A program made the translations under genes and the position numbers. From Auanema rhodensis (lineage: Eukaryota; Animalia; Nematoda), in the NCBI GenBank assembly GCA_964057225.1, contig OZ059895.1:13640001-13704000 (forward strand): a DNA stretch of 64,000 nt, in the 5' to 3' direction. This document shows positions 24,634 to 36,599 of the stretch, in pieces (positions within the stretch are counted from its first letter, which is position 1; each line of letters starts with the position of its first letter). The notes under the pieces were generated by a model that did not search any database, was not told the origin of the DNA, and saw nothing but the letters and a program-made list of their open reading frames with translations.

Positions 24634-25985
24634 TTCTTAGAATCTAATATCAAACCTGAGATTCTTTGATTCTAAAATCTTGAGAATACTGCTTCTGAAG
24701 TCATAAGATTCTAATAATTTGAGAAGTAAAAGCCAGTGATAACCACAATGATGTGTTCCAAATTCTTGAATTGAAATGTCGAAAGATTTATTTTATCTTT
24801 TTTATTTTTACTCTTGAGATACTCTTGAAGTTCTATTGGGGGATCTAATCCTTTATTTTGAATCTTATACGGCAAAGTGTCTCTCATGAAAACATCACGG
24901 AAATTCTTGAGTTCAAGTACTTTTACAAGCTCAGGAGATCTAGATTTGTTAGAGCTTTAAGGTTTTTATGAAATTTCATTTATTACCTTAAAATTGTTCG
25001 AAATGATCAAAAATTGTAAAATGGGCAAAATGGGCAAATGACCATATGGTGAAAAAAATGACGGGTTTTCACTTAATGTAAACATATTTTTGAAAAAAAA
25101 ATTTTTAAAATAAAGCCTAAATTTGGCTAAAAAGTGTAAAAAATTGGGATTGGGCAAAATGTCCATCTCGCGTCAAATTTTTATATACTACTCATACATT
25201 TGGCTGCGACCGATCAGTACGAACTTATTTTTATTAAGAAATTTAATGATTTATTATTCAAATAATTCTTAGTATTTTAGTTTACTTGGCAATGCAGTAT
25301 TGTAACAACAATTATTCCTTCCGTATTAAATACAAGCTCGACAATGCTTCTAAGTTGGGTTTATGGTCAAGTTGTTATAATGCTAAATGACTGGGGTAAC
25401 ATCTGAATTTATGTTTAATAACTTTGAAATTTTTTTAGAAAATCATAGAACCAATTCTGAGCATCATAACGCGTTAATTATCAAAATATTTGCATTTCAA
25501 ATGATTAATAATTATACTTCTTTATTTTACATAGCGTTTATTAGGCCTGAGAGTAATTTAAGTTTTAAAGCTGAGAAAATGGTTTAGTAATGGAAATACG
25601 TTTTCAGGGATTTCAAAGCAATGGTCTATTCGGGTTAGGAACTCACTATAAGGATACTTGCTTGGAAACTACATGCTCTATGTCCTTAGCTGTGCAATTA
25701 ATAACAAATTTACTTCTGAAACCTGTACCAAAATTCATCCAGGATATCATTATTCCGTATGATAGTACATTCAATACAAATATTATCGGCGCTTTTTCCA
25801 TATCTATACCCCCCGATTTTAGCCCCGCCCCTTTTGCCGTTTGATGCATACTTTTGTTAAATGTGATAACAATATGAGATACGGAGGTTTATAGAATATA
25901 TAAAAGCTAAAAAAACGAAAATATAAATACAAAAGTAATTATTATTAAATCATTAACAGATTTGATTAATAGAATTTAACATTTT

Positions 25986-26905
25986 TCAAATTTCTTCTTG
26001 AGTAAATTCAGCAATATCTTGTAATATAGTTTCGAAAAGATCCCTGTTCCTATTTCTTCTACGCCACATAAACTCACATAGGTATCCGTCTAGCATTGTT
26101 TGACGTACCCCATACATGCGCTTGAATTTCGCTTTAGCCAAGCTCCAAAGTCCTTCAATCATATTAGTGTTAGCTCCTGTCTCTGGATCCGTGAAGTTGT
26201 ATCTGTGGTTAACTGTTAAGTGTCTATACTGTTGGATAAGACCATCAATTCCCCCATATGCTCTCCAACAATCACTAACTATGGTAGTTTGTGGCTCTAT
26301 ACAGTTAGTAATGCAGCTGTTCAAGGTTTCTGTAGTTCTATCAGGAACAGCATATAAAAAACACTCTTCTGTTTCCCTACATACTCCCCCGAAAACCCAT
26401 TGAGCTGGTCTTACCCTTCCTACATTGAACTTCCTACGTGAAACCAACGTTTCATCAATTTCCACAGTCATGTTTGGACCTCCAATCTTCATGGGATGCT
26501 TTAAGATGCTGAACGCACAAATTTCCCTCATATAATTGTTGTAGTCAACAGCGGTCTGGCAAGATTTCATATCTAATTCATCTTGGCAAAACTTAACGGT
26601 GGTATATTCTTTACTCCAACAATACACGAAAAGAATGAACTTTGTGTACGATAATTTTGAGCCTAAAATGTTAATGCTGTTAATATTTAGTTTTTAACTT
26701 TATAACCTTGAAGATATGTTCCTTTCTTAATTAAAACTTCTTTTCTACAGTCCTTTCTGGTGCATCTCCACTTATTTCGAACAACAGAAATGTTCATTTG
26801 TCTCGCGCATCTATCACATTCCTTAGTTTGAGGAATTATTCCTTTCTCTTGCAAAAATTGAACTGCATCAGCTTCAGTACGGAGTCTTTCTTTCAGAGCG
26901 AACAT
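25986..26905 (-). CDS. Merlin DDE transposase, 2 exons, 291 aa
   Basis: Exon 26905-26707 (CDRC...CTRKDC zinc ribbon), a 44-bp intron, then exon 26662-25986 with VEIDET, WVFGG, IVSDCWRAY, HLTVNH, NTNMIEGLW, YLCEFMWRRR. Confidence 0.92.
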
Positions 26906-27006
26906 TTTGAGAAAATACGGTCGGTAACGCAGATGCAATGATAATTTAAGATTCAGTTATTAATATCATAATATATTCCAGTTTTATTGTTGTAATTACA
27001 GCTAAT

Positions 27007-27146
27007 TACAATGTATTACACGCTTTTTAAATTCATGGTTTTACAATGTATTACACGCTTTCTTAATTCATTTTTTTTACAATGTATTACACGCTTTTTA
27101 AATTCATGGTTTTACAATGTATTACACGCTTTCTAAATCCATGGTT
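27007..27146. repeat. ~36-bp tandem repeat x4 inside Merlin, upstream of the transposase
   Basis: TACAATGTATTACACGCTTT...ATTCAT units. Confidence 0.85.
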
Positions 27147-29267
27147 ACTGTGTTAAAATATTATAACCCCATTGGGGGGGAAACCCCCCCAAACCCCCCG
27201 TTTTAGGAAGGGAAGTAAGCTGGTAGTAAAAGTATGCACCAAACGGCAAAAGGGGCGGGGCTAAAATCGGGGGGTATAGATATGGAAAAAGAGCCATATT
27301 ATCTTATCTATATCTTTTTCAGATTTATAGTTTTGCTTTATAAAAAAGCCAAGATGAAGCAAACGAAAGTTTCTGATAACGTACCTCAGACTGATGAAAC
27401 GAATGTTTTATCAAGAGAATGGGTGAAACCTGACGCCGGTCAATTTACCTTATGGGAATTTAATGAAAAGATAATTTTATTAGGAACAACTATGGTATTT
27501 GAAAGAACTTATCACAAATATTTTTACTTGTTTTAGATGTTTGCTGCGCTTTTTCCCTTGGCTCCTTTGATATCTTTAGTAATAGGAATTGTAGATTTAC
27601 GAATTGACGCTCATAGGTTACTCTGGTTTAATCGACGACCTATTCCTCAGTTTGCAAACGGTATTGTTTTCAACAAAAATTCGTCACATATATATCATAT
27701 AATCAATGAAAATACGGGGGTAACTCCGTTCCGTTACACCCGGGAATTTAGAGAACCAAATGTTGTAAATAATTTGTTCTAAAGTTAATGATTTTTTCAT
27801 GGTTCAGTTTGGAAAGACCCAGTTTTTTCTTAATTGTGGTTCTCTTACCCCCCTAAGAGTAAAAGTTTATATCCGATCAATTTACGGATATTTGGATCAA
27901 CTCATGCTTTTAGCTTAAAAAACTTCATAAGTGAAATTTACTTTAATCTGATATATAATTACATATATAGTATATATATATATATATATATATACATTTT
28001 ACATTATGAACAGGAATTGGGATATGGCTACCAATCTTGTCCTTCTTACAATATGCAGCAGTGTTAACAAACGCTTTTATAGGTGTCTTTTCAAAATAAT
28101 ATTTTTTATATAAATATATATTACAGTTGCATTTACTTCTGATTTCTGTATAAATTTTTATAGTCAAGAGAAATGTACTATCAAGGATCGTTTGGTTATA
28201 GTAATTGTTTTTCAAGTATGCATGGAATAGTCACCGTGATTATTTTACTATTTCAGAATATGGTATTTATACTAAAATACGTAATGCAAAGCTTAATTCC
28301 AGATGTTCCTAGTTATATCAAAGTCATTAAACGAAAGGTATTTTCAATCTTATGTAGCAATACATACATGTACACATGCGCTTTAGAGGAGATGCATTCT
28401 ATATCATGTAATTGAAAAAGGAGATTTGCCACATAAGCTGAAACAACGGTTGGCATATAGCATGTTTATTTTTCCTAATGTACTAGAATTATCAGTAAAC
28501 GTGCTAGAAAAGCAAAAATTGCTTGGATTGCATCTCGAGTAAAAGGAACAGCTACAACATCTTTATGATCAATGTTTTAACCCCTAAAAATAAAGCTCAG
28601 GTTAGAACTAAAAGAATTTTACAAATATCGAAAATATATTTTACATTGAATTATTTTGTTACAGATTTTCAGTAGTATACAAAAAGTTGACGCTGGCGCA
28701 CCTGTTTGCCCAAATGCGATTTTTGCAGATTTTCAACATTTTTTCATCACTATTTTAATGCACAAAATCCATAACCCATAACCGATTACAACAACTCGGA
28801 GATCAGTTAATTTATTCAATTCATAAGTCTTAATACTTCGAAAATGTGTCATTTTAAACAATTTTCAATAATGGTAAAAAGGTCGAAATGTGCTACCATA
28901 AAAATGTGGCCGAAATGGATGGTCGAAATATTGCGCTAACAATTTTGAATAAAAATTGTTCCCGTATGATCCTTGACTCAATGTGAGATATTCTAAAATT
29001 ACAACGTTAATCAAAACATTAAAGAATTTAAGCAAATTTATTCTCGAAGAGTATTCCAAACATAAACCATCAATAATCAAATCATCATCATCATATCACA
29101 ACAGATTCCTAGGACACAAAAAATCGCACTCAATGTCTAAGTCACCCAAATACTCAATATACAAAATGAGCACAAAATTTTTTATCATAAAGCCAATTTT
29201 AAACATAATTCAGCTCTTGCAAACACTAAAGTTTTAACGCAGAGTTCATCCATTCCAAGTGGTGCGA

Positions 29268-30479
29268 TCATTCATTCCAATCGACATCTTCTTCCGGCGG
29301 TAAAAATTCCTAAAGTCATTGATTAATTCAATGATGTTGCATTAAGTAAAGCTTACCACAATATTCGCATGAATGTTTGTGATCGGAATAATTCTACATC
29401 GTCCACCCGATGCCGGAGATGCCGGTCGACCATTATTGTCCGTTGTATGATGAACCTTTTCAGTCTCAACCTTCATCCCAATCAACCTTCCATCATCGCT
29501 CCAACAACTTCCACCGCTGTCGCCTTTAAAAGAGCCACTCGAGCCCAGAAAACGCAGCTTTGATGTCATATCACTAGAAATAATTCCCGCGGAGAATGAG
29601 ATGTGTGAAGTTCTTCCATGCATAACCGAATAGCCCATCTGAAATCATTTTCAGTGTAGATAATAATCAAAATTCATAAGTTGTAAGTGAAATACTTAAT
29701 TAAACTTACCAAAACGTATTTCATTCCTCTCTTCGGCTCAACTGCTTCCATAATCAAATCTCTATCGCAGAGTTCGGCAGATTTAGATTGAAGCACAATT
29801 AGATCGAGAGCGTCATTAACCAGTACTACGCAAGTATCAACAACAACTTGCAGGTTTTGATATGACAAAAGTTTAATAGAATCGCCTTTTACAAAACTCT
29901 TGTTTTCTCCATGACGGTAAGTAATTGCCAAATTTTTCGTCACTGGGATAGCCGATCTCTTCATATTGTCTCCTTTCGTGTAATACCAAGCATATTGGCA
30001 TATTCGAGAAACCACATCTCCATCCACAGGTAGCGGTTCCAACTCTGGATCAATCCTTTGTCGCTTTCTAGATGTAGATTCTAAAACAAAAATTAAATAT
30101 GCTCAATGAATATCAAACCCTCAACGTCAGCAGGAGTTGATGGTCTTGAAGGAGTTTTATCCGATTCCACACTGAACTTCATATTTGGAAAGTCCTCCGG
30201 TAGTATAAACGCCGAACCATTTTCATTCATTCTAAATTAATTGAAATACAATCAGAATCAATTAAACTTGAATTAAATCTGATAAAACGTTTTTATAATC
30301 AGAAATAATATGACTTACTGGCAAAATATATGATCGTCATCTAATCGATAAGACAGCGAAATAACCTCCTCATCACCAAGCAAGAAGGCGGATTTGATTG
30401 AGCTCTTGTTAATCGTATTACCCGTCAAAGAAAATCTCACGTCCTTGGCGAACATCTTAATTTTGATTATTTTCACCAT
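29268..30479 (-). CDS. Cargo trypsin-like serine protease, copy 2
   Basis: Matches 21996-23207 at +7272. Confidence 0.85.
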
Positions 30480-31591
30480 TTTTTCATAATTATGAGCTTG
30501 ATCCTTATTGATCCCAATGAATCTGAAAACAAAGAATTAATTGGAAACTAATGTAAGAACATCATGCACTATGTAAATATCCAATTCAATTCGAGAGAGA
30601 GAGAGGGAAAGTAGGAAAAGTTGTCAAATTACTAAAATTTAAGGAGAAAATAACAATGACACGGATGGGAAAACACGCACAACGTGAACTACTAAAGAAA
30701 AGAAAGTCTCTTTTTTATTCACAAAAGTTAATGGAAGATTTGGCAGTTTTTCGCTTTTCTCTGTGTCTCTGCTCACAAAAGCGTCTCTGCCTTCCACTCT
30801 AGCCCAACGCGCGATTGTGCTTGGTCAGTGATCTTACAGATTGACCACTCTCTAGATCTTACAGGAGGAAGAGAAAAAAAAGGTCACACAAAGAGAAAGA
30901 GAAGTTGCCAGGGCAAATTGAGTTGACAAACAAATTGAGAAAAAATTGACATCATAAATTGAGAGAACTGATGAAAAAGGGAGAGTGGTCAATCTGTAAG
31001 ATCTATAACCGTTCCATTATGCTCCTACGTATATTGAACAGACCATTGTAGTCTGCTCAACTACGCGTATAGTATTCCATAAGTGTAGCGATATGGAAAC
31101 AGAGCATAAGGATTACATAAGATAAGGAAATATAGGTTTATTATACACAATACAATATCATTACAATACAATAACACAAGGATAAAGTAAACTACATTTA
31201 CAAGACAAAGACTAATATATAAGATTAACTAAGTTAGATACAAACCGTCCATGGGCTTGCAAAGGGGCGAACTCCCGAAGAGGGGCATGAGGGAAGGCGG
31301 TGCCATTCCTCATTCCTCTAGTCGGTCTGGCTCTAACCCTGCAGTTACATATATAGAGTCTCCGAATGGAACGTAACTCCACGAGTTTGGTCACAGCTAA
31401 ACCTTCTCGAAGGTGTTGGCAAACAGGTATGAAAGAACGAAGTGTATCATTTAAGAACGATTTACGTCGCAGAATTTCTTCAGTTTTTGTATTGTTATTT
31501 CATTTTCAAGATGTTTTTCAAGCAAAGTTCAATATTTTCTTCTAAGATGGGGATGCTTTTTGTGTCAAGAAATCTCTACAAAAGCATTAAA

Positions 31592-31905
31592 AAGAGATAA
31601 AGAATCCCAAACTTTCAAGAACACAAAAATTTGGTGATGAGTCTAAAAAAAGTAAAGGAATAAAGAATAATGTGGTCAAGAATGAACTCAGTGTAGATGA
31701 TTTAAAAAATTGTTTGTTTGATAAAACTATTGTCAGAAAGACACAGTATTGTATCAGGAGTGTTAAACATCAAATATGCACACAATGTCAAAATAAAGTT
31801 GCTCTGAATAATGAATCTGGGGATCATAAACGTTACATTCTCAAAGATAGTCATTCAACTATGGCTTTTGGTAATTGTCATATTAAACCAGAGGAAGAAG
31901 TTTGA
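31592..31905 (+). pseudogene. pPolB C-terminal fragment, copy 2
   Basis: Matches 24320-24633 at +7272. Confidence 0.8.
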
Positions 31906-32464
31906 TTCTTAGAATCTAATATCAAACCTGAGATTCTTTGATTCTAAAATCTTGAGAATACTGCTTCTGAAGTCATAAGATTCTAATAATTTGAGAAGTA
32001 AAAGCCAGTGATAACCACAATGATGTGTTCCAAATTCTTGAATTGAAATGTCGAAAGATTTATTTTATCTTTTTTATTTTTACTCTTGAGATACTCTTGA
32101 AGTTCTATTGGGGGATCTAATCCTTTATTTTGAATCTTATACGGCAAAGTGTCTCTCATGAAAACATCACGGAAATTCTTGAGTTCAAGTACTTTTACAA
32201 GCTCAGGAGATCTAGATTTGTTAGAGCTTTAAGGTTTTTATGAAATTTCATTTATTACCTTAAAATTGTTCGAAATGATCAAAAATTGTAAAATGGGCAA
32301 AATGGGCAAATGACCATATGGTGAAAAAAATGACGGGTTTTCACTTAATGTAAACATATTTTTGAAAAAAAAATTTTTAAAATAAAGCCTAAATTTGGCT
32401 AAAAAGTGTAAAAAATTGGGATTGGGCAAAATGTCCATCTCGCGTCAAATTTTTATATACTACT

Positions 32465-34426
32465 CATACATTTGGCTGCGACCGATCAGTACGAACTTAT
32501 TTTTATTAAGAAATTTAATGATTTATTATTCAAATAATTCTTAGTATTTTAGTTTACTTGGCAATGCAGTATTGTAACAACAATTATTCCTTCCGTATTA
32601 AATACAAGCTCGACAATGCTTCTAAGTTGGGTTTATGGTCAAGTTGTTATAATGCTAAATGACTGGGGTAACATCTGAATTTATGTTTAATAACTTTGAA
32701 ATTTTTTTAGAAAATCATAGAACCAATTCTGAGCATCATAACGCGTTAATTATCAAAATATTTGCATTTCAAATGATTAATAATTATACTTCTTTATTTT
32801 ACATAGCGTTTATTAGGCCTGAGAGTAATTTAAGTTTTAAAGCTGAGAAAATGGTTTAGTAATGGAAATACGTTTTCAGGGATTTCAAAGCAATGGTCTA
32901 TTCGGGTTAGGAACTCACTATAAGGATACTTGCTTGGAAACTACATGCTCTATGTCCTTAGCTGTGCAATTAATAACAAATTTACTTCTGAAACCTGTAC
33001 CAAAATTCATCCAGGATATCATTATTCCGTATGATAGTACATTCAATACAAATATTATCTTATCTATATCTTTTTCAGATTTATAGTTTTGCTTTATAAA
33101 AAAGCCAAGATGAAGCAAACGAAAGTTTCTGATAACGTACCTCAGACTGATGAAACGAATGTTTTATCAAGAGAATGGGTGAAACCTGACGCCGGTCAAT
33201 TTACCTTATGGGAATTTAATGAAAAGATAATTTTATTAGGAACAACTATGGTATTTGAAAGAACTTATCACAAATATTTTTACTTGTTTTAGATGTTTGC
33301 TGCGCTTTTTCCCTTGGCTCCTTTGATATCTTTAGTAATAGGAATTGTAGATTTACGAATTGACGCTCATAGGTTACTCTGGTTTAATCGACGACCTATT
33401 CCTCAGTTTGCAAACGGTATTGTTTTCAACAAAAATTCGTCACATATATATCATATAATCAATGAAAATACGGGGGTAACTCCGTTCCGTTACACCCGGG
33501 AATTTAGAGAACCAAATGTTGTAAATAATTTGTTCTAAAGTTAATGATTTTTTCATGGTTCAGTTTGGAAAGACCCAGTTTTTTCTTAATTGTGGTTCTC
33601 TTACCCCCCTAAGAGTAAAAGTTTATATCCGATCAATTTACGGATATTTGGATCAACTCATGCTTTTAGCTTAAAAAACTTCATAAGTGAAATTTACTTT
33701 AATCTGATATATAATTACATATATAGTATATATATATATATATATATATACATTTTACATTATGAACAGGAATTGGGATATGGCTACCAATCTTGTCCTT
33801 CTTACAATATGCAGCAGTGTTAACAAACGCTTTTATAGGTGTCTTTTCAAAATAATATTTTTTATATAAATATATATTACAGTTGCATTTACTTCTGATT
33901 TCTGTATAAATTTTTATAGTCAAGAGAAATGTACTATCAAGGATCGTTTGGTTATAGTAATTGTTTTTCAAGTATGCATGGAATAGTCACCGTGATTATT
34001 TTACTATTTCAGAATATGGTATTTATACTAAAATACGTAATGCAAAGCTTAATTCCAGATGTTCCTAGTTATATCAAAGTCATTAAACGAAAGGTATTTT
34101 CAATCTTATGTAGCAATACATACATGTACACATGCGCTTTAGAGGAGATGCATTCTATATCATGTAATTGAAAAAGGAGATTTGCCACATAAGCTGAAAC
34201 AACGGTTGGCATATAGCATGTTTATTTTTCCTAATGTACTAGAATTATCAGTAAACGTGCTAGAAAAGCAAAAATTGCTTGGATTGCATCTCGAGTAAAA
34301 GGAACAGCTACAACATCTTTATGATCAATGTTTTAACCCCTAAAAATAAAGCTCAGGTTAGAACTAAAAGAATTTTACAAATATCGAAAATATATTTTAC
34401 ATTGAATTATTTTGTTACAGATTTTC
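32465..34426 (+). pseudogene. Duplicated anoctamin 3' half (copy C), continuing into the native lipase 3' end
   Basis: Matches 19437-21398 at +13028. Confidence 0.88.
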
Positions 34427-36257
34427 CTTTAAGCATATTTGGAAAATCTTTTTTTATTTCTTCTATAATTGGGGTATACACCAATGGAGCAGCTTTCAAT
34501 CCCCAATTGAAGTCTATATGTGAAAATCCATCAAACCCTATAAATAATTTGAATTGTAAAAAGAAAATCTCAATCTACCACCTTCTTCGGATAAAAGAGT
34601 ATTTTTAAGACGTGGAATGAGATATTCTTTGATATCAGTAGGATCCGCACATGTGTCATTGAATCCCCAATAAAGCCTTATTGGAACCGTGATGTCTTCC
34701 ACTTTATATTCTGGAGGTTGATGCTACATAACACCTGTTTAAAACGTTATTTAAGAAAATTCACCGTTCCATAATGTAATTTATTTAAAATCTTAGTTCC
34801 ATAATCCCACATTTGAAAACGTTTATAATGAACATTTTGAGCAAATTGAATCATTGTTTTTGTTGATGTTCCCGCTGGTGTGTGGTTAATGTATATAGGT
34901 ACTCTAGTCTAAAAACAAAGAAAATATAAAGAAAAGCAAAATTATTGTTTGTTACTTCGTTAAGTTGCCCGCTTTCTTTACCAGAGATGAGAAACATTAT
35001 GTTATCACAAAACTGGTATGTTTCCTTGTCCTCACAGACATCTTCTGCTATCATATGCGTAAACCAATCTGGCATTAAGAATTCATCTTCGCCAGTTACT
35101 TCAAGTATCGCCTAAGTTGAATGTTAGCGCAGATAATAGTATATCAATATTATACGTCAATAACTTCGTATCTATCTGCCATCCATCGGAACAGTCCTTG
35201 GATATGGGCTACTGAAGCAACAGGCCCCATTGCGAAGAACTCACGAATCTATTTTAATAGTGATTGAAACCTTCGATATTTTAAAACCTTATGTTCTAGA
35301 TCATGATTCTGAGAAAATTCAGCAAAAGCAGTTAAAGTCCCCATTGAAAAACCAATATAGTAGAGCTGTTTTTGTTGAGTTGCATCTATAACATAGTTGA
35401 TCATTGTAGGCAAGTCTTGAGATGCCATCTGAAAGTATATATGATAGAATTATTTTTGTTGAAGTTATCAACCTGATCCCATCCAAAATCCCAAAACTTG
35501 TGGCTTGTAGTATTCAAATATGAATGACCAATAGAGTATTCATTTCCTCTAAAATTACCTAGCCAAACATCGAAGCCAGCGTCTGCGAGAACAAATGCTA
35601 AATAAATTATATAACATTTTGTATTAGACAAATTAGTATAAATAACCAGCGCTTTGATGAGGAAGGTTCAAAACCCAACTTGCCGAGCTTCCTTCTAATC
35701 CATGTTGTACAAAAACTACAGGCCTGTTCACATCTGATGTACCATTTTCGAATTGTCTGAAAATTACTCTATATATTTTTTATAATATTATCAAATCAAC
35801 AATATTCTTATTTTTTTTTTAAGATTTCTTTCAAAATATCATAATTAGCTCGTGTTCTCATCATTAATGAAAGCCAAAGTAGTTGTTTAACTGATGGACT
35901 GATAATAACTATAATATTATCTCATTCTTGTGAGCATCTTGTTCCTGTTTCTGAATACTTGCTTATACGAAGCTCTTCATCTTTTATTCACGAAACTTTT
36001 TTTATAGTTTGTTACGAACTTGTAAGGAATCCTATGTAATGTCAAGATGTATCCATCACCAGTTGTAACTCGATGTGTTTCGACTGAATAATTCCATCTA
36101 TGAGCAATTCCTATCTAAAAGTATAAATGTATAATATAAGCTACAGTTTTCTTACAAAGTCCAATGTCAATTCTGGATCTATTGGAAATTCTGTTGGAAA
36201 TGCTTCTACGAGTGATATTATAGAGATTATTGTAATTAAATATGATTGGTAACGCAT
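34407..36257 (-). CDS. Acid/gastric-type lipase (lipl family)
   Basis: Signal peptide [14 protein letters not shown]; [48 protein letters not shown] nucleophile elbow, HIDFNWG. Confidence 0.92.
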
Positions 36258-36599
36258 TTGAAAAAGAGAAATCTGAAATATAAGAACATTTTAAAACGTA
36301 ACTATCAAACAAATAGAATTTTCAGTGTAGCTGATAAGTGAAGACTTAAATAACCGAACTCTTATCAAACATATGATTGTATCATTGGAATCCGGGTCTA
36401 TTCTGAATTCTTGACTACGGAAAAAGCAAGATATGCTTATATTTAATCAGTAAATTATAATATATTTTATTTTTATAATTCATTAAACATATTAAATTTA
36501 TTAAATACAAATAATGTCGTGTTCAAATTACAAATAATAATTTTTGAAAGAGAAAAGGGGAAATATTGTGCAGATATATTATAAAATATCAAAACGTCA

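Larger units (their letters stand above)
21399..25192. mobile_element. Non-autonomous Maverick/Polinton-derived element, copy 1 (3,794 bp)
   Basis: Left end AGTAGTATACAAAAAGTTGACGC; right end reverse complement AGTAGTATATAAAAATTTGACGC (21/23 match); internal pPolB C-terminal relic; cargo protease gene. Confidence 0.8.
25788..27295 (-). mobile_element. Merlin (IS1016/ISXO2-like) DNA transposon, 1,508 bp
   Basis: 68-bp TIRs beginning GG (25788-25855 and 27228-27295, 2 mismatches); 8-bp TSD ATATTATC (25780-25787 and 27296-27303); empty sites visible in copies A and C. Confidence 0.95.
25193..28670 (+). pseudogene. Duplicated anoctamin 3' half (copy B), with Merlin inserted in an intron
   Basis: Begins mid-exon (CATACATTTGGCTGC) directly after the element's right end. 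Confidence 0.88.
28671..32464. mobile_element. Non-autonomous Maverick/Polinton-derived element, copy 2
   Basis: Same termini and identical ORF translations at offset 7272 from copy 1. Confidence 0.8.

Noticed and set aside
26116-26403. Plus-strand 95-aa ORF in Merlin, and the TIR-derived ORFs starting MHQTAKGAG
   Set aside because: An antisense shadow of the transposase and read-outs from the inverted repeats.
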